A DNA stretch of 64,000 nucleotides, taken from contig JBCCGP010000005.1 of the NCBI GenBank assembly GCA_039029215.1, forward strand, positions 4,721 through 68,720. The letters are read 5' to 3'. This document shows, one piece after another, positions 1-8,829 of this stretch. The position numbers were made by a program, and so were the translations under genes. The notes beneath the pieces are model-generated. The model did no database searches and had not been told where the DNA came from. It worked only from the letters and a program-made list of their open reading frames with translations. How positions within the stretch are numbered: position 1 is the stretch's first letter; each line of letters starts with the position of its first letter. This DNA is from Pseudomonadota bacterium. Its GTDB lineage: Bacteria; Pseudomonadota; Alphaproteobacteria; Rhodobacterales; Rhodobacteraceae.

Positions 1-140
1 GCGGTATTGGTATGATCGCTATTGTTTCTGCGGCGGATCAAGAAGCGGCTTTGACCTTGCTGAAAGACGCTGGAACAGCGCCATGTATCATCGGGTCCGT
101 GATCGATACGCCTGAAATGCGCTATCTCGGTACTTTATGA
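1..140 (+). CDS. purM: 3' end of phosphoribosylformylglycinamidine cyclo-ligase (AIR synthetase), 5'-truncated by the window edge
   Basis: Frame 3 reads GIGMIAIVSAADQEAALTLLKDAGTAPCIIGSVIDTPEMRYLGTL*. Its TGA (138-140) overlaps the purN ATG (ATGA). This fits the classical purM-purN pairing. Confidence 0.65.
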   Translation, partial: GIGMIAIVSAADQEAALTLLKDAGTAPCIIGSVIDTPEMRYLGTL

Positions 141-706
141 CGAATGTCGCTATCTTAATCTCCGGCGGTGGGTCGAATATGCTTCGCCTAGTTGAGGAGA
201 TGCATACAGGTAAAATCAAAGCGATACCTGCATTAGTGTTGTCTGACAAAGCAGATGCAGGTGGACTTTCAAAGGCGCAGTGTTTGGGCGTCCCCACGGT
301 CGTTGTGTCAAAATCAGATTGCGCCGATGCGGCAGAGTTCAACGCCAAGATTGATCAGGCGCTACGAAATCATAAGATCGATATTGTCTGCCTTGCGGGT
401 TTTATGCGAATTTTAAGTGCAGAACTTACATCCACTTGGGCAGGTAAGATGTTGAATATACACCCTTCTTTACTTCCAAAGTATAAAGGACTGCACACGC
501 ATCAACGCGCCATCGATGCCGGTGATACAGTCGCAGGATGCACGGTTCATATCGTTACACCAGAGCTTGATGCAGGCCCTATATTGGGCCAAGCGCGTGT
601 GCCAATATTGCCCGATGATACCTCAGAAACGCTGGCAGCTCGGGTCTTGGTTGAGGAACATAGACTCTATCCAAAAGTTCTAGCTGAATTTTTGGAAGCA
701 CGATAA
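137..706 (+). CDS. purN: phosphoribosylglycinamide formyltransferase
   Basis: 189 aa. It has N-terminal ILISGGGSN, the NIHPSLLPKYKG motif and HxV..ELDAGPI, all typical of PurN. Confidence 0.92.
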   Translation: MTNVAILISGGGSNMLRLVEEMHTGKIKAIPALVLSDKADAGGLSKAQCLGVPTVVVSKSDCADAAEFNAKIDQALRNHKIDIVCLAGFMRILSAELTSTWAGKMLNIHPSLLPKYKGLHTHQRAIDAGDTVAGCTVHIVTPELDAGPILGQARVPILPDDTSETLAARVLVEEHRLYPKVLAEFLEAR

Positions 707-736
707 ACTGCATCATATCTTAAATCGGGTCGCAGT

Positions 737-1243
737 GTGCGTATTCTAGTTGCCTTACTAAGCTTTTGTCTGACAATTGCTGCCTTTGCAGAAGTGCATC
801 AACCGCCTGTGCCGGATATGAAGTCGACACGCAAAGCGAATCTAAAGGATCTGGGGCTGAAAAGCTACGCAGTTGCTTTATCCGGTACGAGTGTCGTTGA
901 TTTGAAAGAGCATGGCATCGTTGTTCTTTATGGCTCAATCTTTTTAAAATTTGACCGCTCTGCCGTTTATCTATTTGAAAATAAAAAAGAAAGTTTGCGC
1001 TGCTTGGGTGCGTCTCGTAGCAGCATAAACAGCACGAAATGCTATTTTAAAAATGATCTCGTGACAGATACGCAATATCGGGTGACAAAAGAGGTCTATA
1101 AAACACCCGATGGATTCGTCATTAATCCAGTTACAACGATTGATGGTCAGGTTTTTGGCAACAGCTATACGAAATGGGCGCTATTTTCATTTCCGAATGC
1201 AGAACACTTGATTGAAACATTACGGCAAGATAGCACTCAATGA
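737..1243 (+). CDS. secreted hypothetical protein
   Basis: GTG start. The N-terminus MRILVALLSFCLTIAAFA-EV looks like a Sec signal peptide. The gene is AT-rich and I recognise no family. Its stop overlaps the next ATG (ATGA). Confidence 0.55.
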   Translation: MRILVALLSFCLTIAAFAEVHQPPVPDMKSTRKANLKDLGLKSYAVALSGTSVVDLKEHGIVVLYGSIFLKFDRSAVYLFENKKESLRCLGASRSSINSTKCYFKNDLVTDTQYRVTKEVYKTPDGFVINPVTTIDGQVFGNSYTKWALFSFPNAEHLIETLRQDSTQ

Positions 1244-1578
1244 CCGAAAAGCCGTCAGCAATACGAAATTTAGGGTCCGCCTCGGATGAATTTTATGGGC
1301 GTGCCGGAATTACGACGGCTGAACAAATCCGTGATCTAGGACCTGATGAAGCTTATTTTCGTGCGTTGGAAGCTGGCGGCAAGCCGCATTTCATTGGCTA
1401 TTATGTCTTGGTTATGGGTTTACAGGGGCGACCTTGGAATGATTGTCGAGGCAAAGAGAAAGATGATCTAAAGAAGCGTTTTGAGGCAATTAAGGCGCGT
1501 GTATCCAGCGATCAGATCGAAACAGCAGGACTCGACAAGGCATTGTCCGGTATTGGCGTTATGCGACCAAAAAATTGA
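1240..1578 (+). CDS. TfoX/Sxy C-terminal-domain protein
   Basis: 112 aa. IRNLGSASDEFYGRAGITTAEQIRDLGPDEAYFRAL resembles the helix-hairpin-helix TfoX_C domain. There is no TfoX N-terminal domain. Confidence 0.65.
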   Translation: MTEKPSAIRNLGSASDEFYGRAGITTAEQIRDLGPDEAYFRALEAGGKPHFIGYYVLVMGLQGRPWNDCRGKEKDDLKKRFEAIKARVSSDQIETAGLDKALSGIGVMRPKN

Positions 1579-1716
1579 TCAGAATCAAAGCGTTGCTAAT
1601 TTGCATCGGTTTGGTTTTCAGCCATCAAAGTGAAGAAAATACTTGGAACTGCGAATCGCTTCGCTTAGATTCGGTGCTGAAGAAATCCGAAAGAAGATTT
1701 CAATAAGGAGAGCCAA

Positions 1717-1956
1717 ATGGCCGTAATCGATTTTAGGCACAGACCTAATTTGCGTGGTTTCAGCGAAGCATTGAGTGCTGACACACACCCGAAAGCCGAC
1801 ATAAAATCCAATGCCGCACATAAAACTGGCCGAATTCGCAAATCATTGCGCAGTCTATCGCATGCTGCGCTTTGCATAATGATCGCTGTCGGAAGCTATC
1901 AAGCCTATGTCATCGCAAAGCAGGTACAATTCAACCTTATGGTCCTTGTCCCATAA
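1717..1956 (+). CDS. small C-terminally membrane-anchored hypothetical protein
   Basis: The ATG is preceded by a strong SD (AAGGAGAG about 7 nt upstream). There is a C-terminal hydrophobic stretch ALCIMIAVGSYQAYVIA. A terminator follows the gene. Confidence 0.45.
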   Translation: MAVIDFRHRPNLRGFSEALSADTHPKADIKSNAAHKTGRIRKSLRSLSHAALCIMIAVGSYQAYVIAKQVQFNLMVLVP

Positions 1957-1985
1957 AAAAGCCGCCCAAAGTGAGCGGCTCTTTT
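1955..1985. terminator. bidirectional intrinsic terminator between convergent genes
   Basis: AAAAAAGCCGCCCAAAGTGAGCGGCTCTTTT forms a GC stem flanked by an A-tract and a T-tract. Confidence 0.6.
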
Positions 1986-2004
1986 AAACATTTTTCGATA
2001 TAAT

Positions 2005-2427
2005 CTATCCAACCAATTCTAGGCCAGAGAAGAAGTAAGCAATTTCTTCTTTTGCCGTGTCCGGGCCATCTGATCCGTGAACAGAGTTTTCACCGATGGA
2101 TAGCGCAAATTCTTTGCGGATTGTATCTTCCGCGGCCTCTTCTGGATTGGTAGCACCCATCACTTCGCGGTTGCGTGCAATTGCATTTTCGCCTTCTAAA
2201 ACCTGAACAACAATCGGCTCTGATGACATAAATTCACATAGTTCGTCATAGAATGGGCGCTCTTTATGCACACCATAGAACACACCTGCCTGCGCCTTAG
2301 TCAGGTGGATACGTTTTTGCGCCACAACGCGCAGACCGCCCTGCTCCAACTTTGCGACGATTTGGCCGACCAGATTGCGTTTTGTGGCATCTGGTTTGAT
2401 GATAGAGAAAGTCCGTTCCAAGCCCAT
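2005..2427 (-). CDS. ndk: nucleoside-diphosphate kinase
   Basis: [14 protein letters not shown]... with NSVHGSD at the active-site His. I chose the start at the internal ATG (2427), which has AAGGA upstream. The 163-aa track ORF carries a spurious N-terminal extension. Confidence 0.93.
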   Translation of the reverse strand: MGLERTFSIIKPDATKRNLVGQIVAKLEQGGLRVVAQKRIHLTKAQAGVFYGVHKERPFYDELCEFMSSEPIVVQVLEGENAIARNREVMGATNPEEAAEDTIRKEFALSIGENSVHGSDGPDTAKEEIAYFFSGLELVG

Positions 2428-2550
2428 TTTAGGATCCTTTAAGATAGTGTTTACGCGCCAAAGCGCTGGAATTTGGCCCGCACGTAACAGATGCATTCAA
2501 GATTGAAAAGTCTCGGTTGACAGCCCCCGTGCAACGCTCAGAAAGGGGTC

Positions 2551-4431
2551 ATGTTATTGCTTGATCACATCAGCTTGTCGATTGCCGGAAAGCCCTTGCT
2601 AGAAGATGTCAGTCTGTCCGTGCCAACGGGTCACAAGGTGGGCATTGTTGGGCGCAATGGGATCGGCAAATCCACGTTTATGAAGATGATTGCAGGCGAA
2701 TTAACCCCTGATCAGGGAAGCCTCACTTTACCCAAAAACGCGCGTATTGGCATGCTTGCCCAAGAAACCGAAGCAGGCCAAGATACAGTTATAGACCGCG
2801 CACTTCGTTTTGATACGGAACGCACAGATTTATTGGCGCGTGCAGATCAAGAACAAGACGCGGAAAAACTGTCAGAAATTCATATGCGCTTAGATGCAAT
2901 TGAGGCACATTCGGCAGAGGCCCGCGCAGCTCGAATTTTGAAGGGTCTGGGGTTCGATCAGATGGATCAGCACCGCGCCGTATCTGAATATTCTGGTGGT
3001 TGGCGCATGCGGATTTCCCTTGCTGGCTTGTTGTTTTCTGAACCAGATGTCCTTTTGTTGGACGAACCCACAAACTATCTTGATCTCGAAGGCACGATTT
3101 GGCTTGAAAACTATCTCAGATCCTATCCGCATACAATTTTTTTGATTTCCCATGATCGCAGCATTCTCAACAGCTCGGTCACATCAATTCTGCATATGTC
3201 AGATCAGAAATTGACACTGTATCAGGGCAATTATGATCAATTCAACCGCACGCGTATCGAACGTGCTGTTCACGCGCAAAAAGCGGCAGAAAAACAATCT
3301 GCGAAACGCGCACATCTGCAAAGTTTTGTAGATCGATTTCGTTACAAGGCCTCGAAGGCGAAACAGGCGCAATCGAAGCTGAAGATTTTAGAAAAGATGG
3401 AACCTGTTGTACTGTCTTCCTCGGAGCAACCCGCCAGTTTCAACTTTCCAACACCTGAAGAATTGGCGCCACCGATTGTGAAACTCGAGGATGTTGCCGT
3501 CGGTTATGAAGACAAAACGATTTTGTCACAATTGAACCTTAGAATTGATCAAGATGATCGTATCGGGTTGTTGGGACAGAATGGTCAAGGCAAGTCGACC
3601 TTGCTGAAATTGATTAGTGGCGTGTTGCCGCCTCAACGGGGCAGTTTTAAAGCGCATTCAAAACTGCGGATAGGTTATTTTGCACAGCATCAACTGGATG
3701 CCCTTGTGGGCCAAGATACGCCGCGCCAACATTTGCAACATGCCCGCCCGAATATGCCCGAGAAAGAGCATCGCTCTATCCTTGCGAGATCTGGGCTTTA
3801 TGAAGAGCAAGCGGATACGAAGGTTGCGTTTTTGTCCGGCGGGCAGAAAGCAAAACTTTCGCTCTGTTTGGCGGTTTTAGATGCGCCTCATCTTTTGATT
3901 TTAGACGAACCTACCAACCATTTAGATCTGGAAAGTCGCGAAGCCCTGGCCTTGGCTTTGCTAAACTATGAAGGCGCTGTCATGATCGTTAGCCATGATC
4001 CTTATTTGTTGTCGGCAATTGTTGATCGGTTGTGGCTGGTCAAGGATGGCGGTGTCTCTGTTTATGAAAATGATCTGACGCATTATCGAAACAGTCTTTT
4101 GGGCGATACGCCGAGGCCTTCAAAAACCGTCAAGAAACAGAAACCAGTCAAATTATCAAAGTCGGAACAAAGCGCCCTGCTTGCCCCCTTGCGCAAAGAA
4201 ATCACTCAATGCGAAGCACGCATAGAAAAACTGGGGGCAATGAACACCAAATTGATGGAACAGCTGGGCGACAAAGAGCTTTATCAGCAAAATAGTACCG
4301 AAAGATATGATTTTCTAAGACGAAAACATTATGAACTAAAAAATGCCATGAAAAAGGCAGAATCGCTTTGGATCAATGCGGTAGATGCTTTAGAAGCCAA
4401 GGAAGAAGAATTTAGGACAACCCATGAGTGA
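2551..4431 (+). CDS. ABC-F family ATPase (two ABC domains, no membrane domain)
   Basis: 626 aa. It has two Walker A motifs (GRNGIGKST, GQNGQGKST) and two LSGG signatures (YSGGWRMR, LSGGQKAK). There is an inter-domain linker and a charged C-terminal coiled-coil tail. Confidence 0.88.
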   Translation: MLLLDHISLSIAGKPLLEDVSLSVPTGHKVGIVGRNGIGKSTFMKMIAGELTPDQGSLTLPKNARIGMLAQETEAGQDTVIDRALRFDTERTDLLARADQEQDAEKLSEIHMRLDAIEAHSAEARAARILKGLGFDQMDQHRAVSEYSGGWRMRISLAGLLFSEPDVLLLDEPTNYLDLEGTIWLENYLRSYPHTIFLISHDRSILNSSVTSILHMSDQKLTLYQGNYDQFNRTRIERAVHAQKAAEKQSAKRAHLQSFVDRFRYKASKAKQAQSKLKILEKMEPVVLSSSEQPASFNFPTPEELAPPIVKLEDVAVGYEDKTILSQLNLRIDQDDRIGLLGQNGQGKSTLLKLISGVLPPQRGSFKAHSKLRIGYFAQHQLDALVGQDTPRQHLQHARPNMPEKEHRSILARSGLYEEQADTKVAFLSGGQKAKLSLCLAVLDAPHLLILDEPTNHLDLESREALALALLNYEGAVMIVSHDPYLLSAIVDRLWLVKDGGVSVYENDLTHYRNSLLGDTPRPSKTVKKQKPVKLSKSEQSALLAPLRKEITQCEARIEKLGAMNTKLMEQLGDKELYQQNSTERYDFLRRKHYELKNAMKKAESLWINAVDALEAKEEEFRTTHE

Positions 4432-5014
4432 AGGTGACCTCGCCTCTTTTATCTTTTTGCTGCTATTTTTAGCCTTTATTGGCGTCAGTTACATGGCCTC
4501 GATGCGGGGCCGGATGGGGCAATCGCTACAACAAATGGCGATTTGGTGCCTGATATTCTTTGGTTTTATCGCGGTATATTCGATGCGCGATGTAATTTTA
4601 GCAGAAATTAAGCCAACGCTCGAAAACCAAACGCTACAAACGCAATCAGGTTCCTATGTCTTTCAGCGAAAAGAGGATGGTCATTTTCATGTGATCTTAG
4701 ACATCAATGACACGCCTATACAATTGGTCGTCGATACAGGCGCAACTGGGCTTGTCTTGAACAAGCAAGATGCACGCAAAATCGGCCTAGACCTAGATGA
4801 ATTGCGCTTTACGCAAAGTGCTTATACCGCGAATGGCATTGTAAAATCAGCGCCTGTAACCATCCCGCGTATTATGATTGGCCAGACCGAACATTTTAAT
4901 GTCCGCGCTTCGGTCAATGGCGGCGACTTGCACAGTTCGCTTCTGGGTATGTCTTACATCAACAGATTCTCAGAGTTCCGCATCGTAAAAGATCTTTTGT
5001 ACTTAACGCCGTGA
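4424..5014 (+). CDS. membrane-anchored retropepsin-like (clan AA) aspartic protease
   Basis: Two N-terminal TM helices are followed by VVDTGATGLVL (DTG catalytic motif). The ATG overlaps the ABC-F stop (ATGAGTGA). Confidence 0.75.
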   Translation: MSEGDLASFIFLLLFLAFIGVSYMASMRGRMGQSLQQMAIWCLIFFGFIAVYSMRDVILAEIKPTLENQTLQTQSGSYVFQRKEDGHFHVILDINDTPIQLVVDTGATGLVLNKQDARKIGLDLDELRFTQSAYTANGIVKSAPVTIPRIMIGQTEHFNVRASVNGGDLHSSLLGMSYINRFSEFRIVKDLLYLTP

Positions 5015-5028
5015 ATGTCGCGCATTCC

Positions 5029-6483
5029 CTACTCGTAATAATCAGCAACAAGCCTGTTTAACGCACGCACACCCCATCCTGTTGCACCTTTGGGCGACAG
5101 ATCGGTAGATGATTTCACGGATGCGACGCCCGCGATATCAAGATGTATCCACGGACACCCTTCCTTTACAAACCGCTGAAGGAATTGTGCAGCCGTGACC
5201 GATCCCGCTGACCGCCCACCAATGTTTTTCATATCGGCGATCCGGCTTTTGAGCATATCGTCATAAGCTTGACCAAGCGGCATGCGCCAAGCACCTTCAC
5301 TCTCAGCCGCGGCCGCTTTCAAGAAATTATTGCAAAAACCATCGTCATTCGAAAACACGCCGGCATTTTCATGGCCCAAACCGATGATGATCGCACCTGT
5401 TAAAGTCGCAAGATCAATCATGGCAGTGGGCTGATAGGTTTCTTGCGCATACCACAGCACATCGGCCAAAACCAATCGCCCTTCGGCATCGGTATTGATG
5501 ACCTCAATGGTATCTCCTTTCATCGAGGTCACAACATCGCCTGGGCGTTGCGCACGCGCGTCAGGCATATTTTCGACCAATCCAACAAGACCCACGACAT
5601 TTGCCTTGGCCTTTCGCAAAGCGAGCGTTTTCATCACGCCGGCGACCGTACCGGCGCCGCCCATGTCCATGGTCATGTCTTCCATACCTGCGGCTGGTTT
5701 CAGTGAAATACCACCCGTATCAAAAACAACGCCTTTACCAAGAAGTGCGAGCGGCTTTTTATCGCCGCCACCGTTCCATTCCATCACGACAATCTTTGAT
5801 GGACTTTCAGACCCCTGCCCCACACCTAATAGAGCCCCCATGCCCAGCTTTTCCATTTCCGGTTCGTCAATTGTCTTTACAGTCAAACCTAACTTCGAAA
5901 GCGCTTCTAATCTGTTTGCGAACTCTGTCGTTGTCAAAACATTGGCAGGCTCATTCACCAAATCACGCGTAAAAAACACACCGTCTGCAATTGCACGCTT
6001 CTCTTTGAAAAGGTCTTCTGCATCGCTGGGTTTGCCGCACATCCCAACCAAGGATTTTGATGCGGATTTCGCTTCTGATTTATGCGCGTCAAAATTGTAG
6101 CTGTTCATTACAGCGCCAAACATTATCTCCACGAGTTTCTTCTCCGAATCCAATAGAAAGTGAGAATTTTCGGTGCGCACGCGACCCACCAAAGTTGCAC
6201 CAAGTTTTCGATAATCATGGGTTTCTTTGATATCCTCTGTCTTTGCCAAAATGACTTGATCTGCTTTCATATTTGCGGGCGGCGCAGTCAAAAGGAAGCT
6301 TCCGTCTAACCCACCTTCTTTGCTAATTGCCTTTTCCAACACGCCTTTACACAGCCGATTTACGCGCCGCCCAAAGCGGTCGAGCTTTCCTTTGTTGTTG
6401 AGAAATACAATTATTGTGCCTTTTAAATCTGCAACGCTATCCAAATTATATTCTACAAAACTTACATGCGCCAAATCGGTCAT
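5029..6483 (-). CDS. pepA: leucyl aminopeptidase (M17)
   Basis: 484 aa with the NTDAEGRLVLAD signature and VFDTGG/MKxDMGGA metal-site motifs. Confidence 0.92.
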   Translation of the reverse strand: MTDLAHVSFVEYNLDSVADLKGTIIVFLNNKGKLDRFGRRVNRLCKGVLEKAISKEGGLDGSFLLTAPPANMKADQVILAKTEDIKETHDYRKLGATLVGRVRTENSHFLLDSEKKLVEIMFGAVMNSYNFDAHKSEAKSASKSLVGMCGKPSDAEDLFKEKRAIADGVFFTRDLVNEPANVLTTTEFANRLEALSKLGLTVKTIDEPEMEKLGMGALLGVGQGSESPSKIVVMEWNGGGDKKPLALLGKGVVFDTGGISLKPAAGMEDMTMDMGGAGTVAGVMKTLALRKAKANVVGLVGLVENMPDARAQRPGDVVTSMKGDTIEVINTDAEGRLVLADVLWYAQETYQPTAMIDLATLTGAIIIGLGHENAGVFSNDDGFCNNFLKAAAAESEGAWRMPLGQAYDDMLKSRIADMKNIGGRSAGSVTAAQFLQRFVKEGCPWIHLDIAGVASVKSSTDLSPKGATGWGVRALNRLVADYYE

Positions 6484-6595
6484 TCTTCATCCTTCAATGC
6501 AGGGCTTTTGATTTGCCCCAAAGAAAACATCTATCGCTCTGGTGTCAATTGGGATAAGCCAAGTTTGCACTTGGAACGGATAAACAAAACGCCAC

Positions 6596-7747
6596 ATGCG
6601 CCCATTTGAACTATATTTTTACATTTTCCGGCAGTTGATTGGGCCTTTTTTGTTCTTTTGCCTGATCATTGGCGGCGTCTTATGGATCGCTCAAGCGTTG
6701 CGCATTTCTGATTTGGTCGTCGAAAACGGACAACCCGCTTCTGTGTTTTTGGAACTTTCTAGCTTGGTTATGCCGATCGCGCTGAAGGCGACATTGCCCA
6801 TCGCCGGCTTTGCTGCGGCTGTTTATGTCACGCATCGCTTAATTTCTGATACAGAATTAACGGTCATGCTGAGTTCAGGAAATTCCCTTTTGGCTTTGTC
6901 ACTGCCTTATTTGATCTTCGGCTTTTTTGTATTCGTTCTCATGCAGCTTCTTTTGCAATTGGTTTTGACCAGTAGCACCACTCGTCTGCTCGACAGCAGG
7001 CACGAGATCGCCACTGAGTTCGTCACCCAAATTATTCAACCAGGCGAATTTATAACTGAACAGGGGCGATTTACCTTTTTTTTTGGCGACAAAGGCAAAA
7101 ATGCTGATGTTTATGAAATCATGATCGAGGAACAAGTCGGCGAAGGCCGCACAATCACCCATATCGCGCGGCAAGGACAGGTGGTAAAAGAGGACAAAAA
7201 AAACAGCTTGCTGTTGATCGATGGATCGATACAGCAATTCGACCCAGTGACAAACGCTCTCGATGTCATCAAATTTGATACGTTTTCGTTTGATATGGAG
7301 GTGGTTCGCGAGGTTTTGGGCAAGCGTCATACACAACCGGAAGAAATTCGTCTTCGGCAACTTCGAAATACACTGTTTGCAGCACCAAAAGAATCGTCAG
7401 AATTTGCAATCGCAACCAAGGAATTTCACGAAAGATGGGTTGTCTCGCTTCTCGGTTTTCTTGCACCTGTTTTGGGCATGGCTGCTCTCGTCTTAGGTGG
7501 TTTTGGAAGGGGCAGCTTGCTTTGGCGTGTCATTCTGGGCACCGCCGCATTGTTTATGATTAACTCGTTTCGGGGGATCATATTGGACGCAGTTGAACGT
7601 CAGCCGGAGTATTGGTTAGTCGGATATGCGCCTGTGCTTTTGGTCGCGATTATTTGTTTGGCAATTTTGTGCACCGAGACTTTTGGGACGCGAGTGCTCA
7701 GCAATCTATCGGCGATGAGATGGCGTTTTGTGAGGGCCAAGACATGA
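6596..7747 (+). CDS. lptF: LPS export ABC permease LptF
   Basis: 383 aa multipass LptF/LptG-family protein with a central periplasmic domain. It sits immediately upstream of lptG and lptD. Confidence 0.85.
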   Translation: MRPFELYFYIFRQLIGPFLFFCLIIGGVLWIAQALRISDLVVENGQPASVFLELSSLVMPIALKATLPIAGFAAAVYVTHRLISDTELTVMLSSGNSLLALSLPYLIFGFFVFVLMQLLLQLVLTSSTTRLLDSRHEIATEFVTQIIQPGEFITEQGRFTFFFGDKGKNADVYEIMIEEQVGEGRTITHIARQGQVVKEDKKNSLLLIDGSIQQFDPVTNALDVIKFDTFSFDMEVVREVLGKRHTQPEEIRLRQLRNTLFAAPKESSEFAIATKEFHERWVVSLLGFLAPVLGMAALVLGGFGRGSLLWRVILGTAALFMINSFRGIILDAVERQPEYWLVGYAPVLLVAIICLAILCTETFGTRVLSNLSAMRWRFVRAKT

Positions 7748-8829
7748 CCCTTCACTTATATTTCGCAAAACGTTTTTTTGTGCATTTTTTGCTTATTGCC
7801 GCGGCGATTGGTTTGTTGGCTTTTATCGTTAATTTTTTAGACGCATTCGGCGGGACCTCAACACCATCGCCAGTCTTCTCTGCGTTGCGCGAAACGGTTC
7901 TGGCCACGCCTACTTTCATGGTCAGCGCTATGCCGCTCCTTGTGATGCTGGGTGGATTGTCGTTTGCACTCTCACTTTCGCGTAGTTCTGAATTTGTGAT
8001 TAGTCGCGCCGCAGGACAGTCTGTTTTAAAAAGCTTGATGTCGCCAGCGACCGTTGCTTTTTTAATTGGCTTATTCTCTATTTTTTTCTTTGATCCTATT
8101 GCCGGCCAATTAGACAGACGCCTTCAATTGCAAAAGGCGACGCCGGGCGATCAGTTACAAGTTAAACCGACAGGTTTTTGGGTGCGCCAATCAGACAGCA
8201 CTGGCATACAAATTATCAAAGCCTTGGGCGTCGAGAATAATGGCACCAGATTGCGCGATGTAACGGTATTGGATCATGATACTGACGGTCGGATGAAAAG
8301 GCGTATTTATGCACCTATCGGGTTGCTTCAAAATGACATCCTAACTTTGACCCAAGGAACAGAATGGACCGGTCTTCTGGAAGATGATGCAGGTCTTGTT
8401 CCTGCGCGACAATTTGCATTTCGAAGAATTCCAACCGTCATCTCGCCAGCGCAATTTGTCACTGGCTTCGCTGCGCCCGAGACTTTGACGCCAATTGGGA
8501 TCCCGTCAACTTTACGGGCATTAGATCAAGCAGGGTTTTCATCTCTCCCGCATCGGGCGCATTTGATGCAACAAATTTCAAGACCCTTTCTTTTTGCAAC
8601 CATGTTATTTTTAGGCGCTGCATTTCTTCTGCAATCGCAGAGATTTCAAAGACTAGAGATCGCTGCACTAAGTGCGCTTATGTTTGGTTTTTCGCTCCAC
8701 TTTCTGCAGAATTTTGCTAAGACTTTGGGTAGTTCAGGGGAGATTCCATTATGGGTGGCGGCATGGAGCCCGATACTCGCAGCAATAGCCGGTGTTTTGA
8801 CCTTCTTCCTTTATACAGAAGATGGATAA
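7744..8829 (+). CDS. lptG: LPS export ABC permease LptG
   Basis: I chose the start at MTLHLYFAKRFF (ATG 7744, ATGA overlap with the lptF stop). The topology is LptF/G-family. Confidence 0.85.
   Translation: MTLHLYFAKRFFVHFLLIAAAIGLLAFIVNFLDAFGGTSTPSPVFSALRETVLATPTFMVSAMPLLVMLGGLSFALSLSRSSEFVISRAAGQSVLKSLMSPATVAFLIGLFSIFFFDPIAGQLDRRLQLQKATPGDQLQVKPTGFWVRQSDSTGIQIIKALGVENNGTRLRDVTVLDHDTDGRMKRRIYAPIGLLQNDILTLTQGTEWTGLLEDDAGLVPARQFAFRRIPTVISPAQFVTGFAAPETLTPIGIPSTLRALDQAGFSSLPHRAHLMQQISRPFLFATMLFLGAAFLLQSQRFQRLEIAALSALMFGFSLHFLQNFAKTLGSSGEIPLWVAAWSPILAAIAGVLTFFLYTEDG

Noticed and set aside
5495-6100. 201-aa and 123-aa plus-strand ORFs inside pepA
   Set aside because: They are antisense shadows of the leucyl aminopeptidase gene, with Ser/Pro/Arg-rich translations and no motifs.
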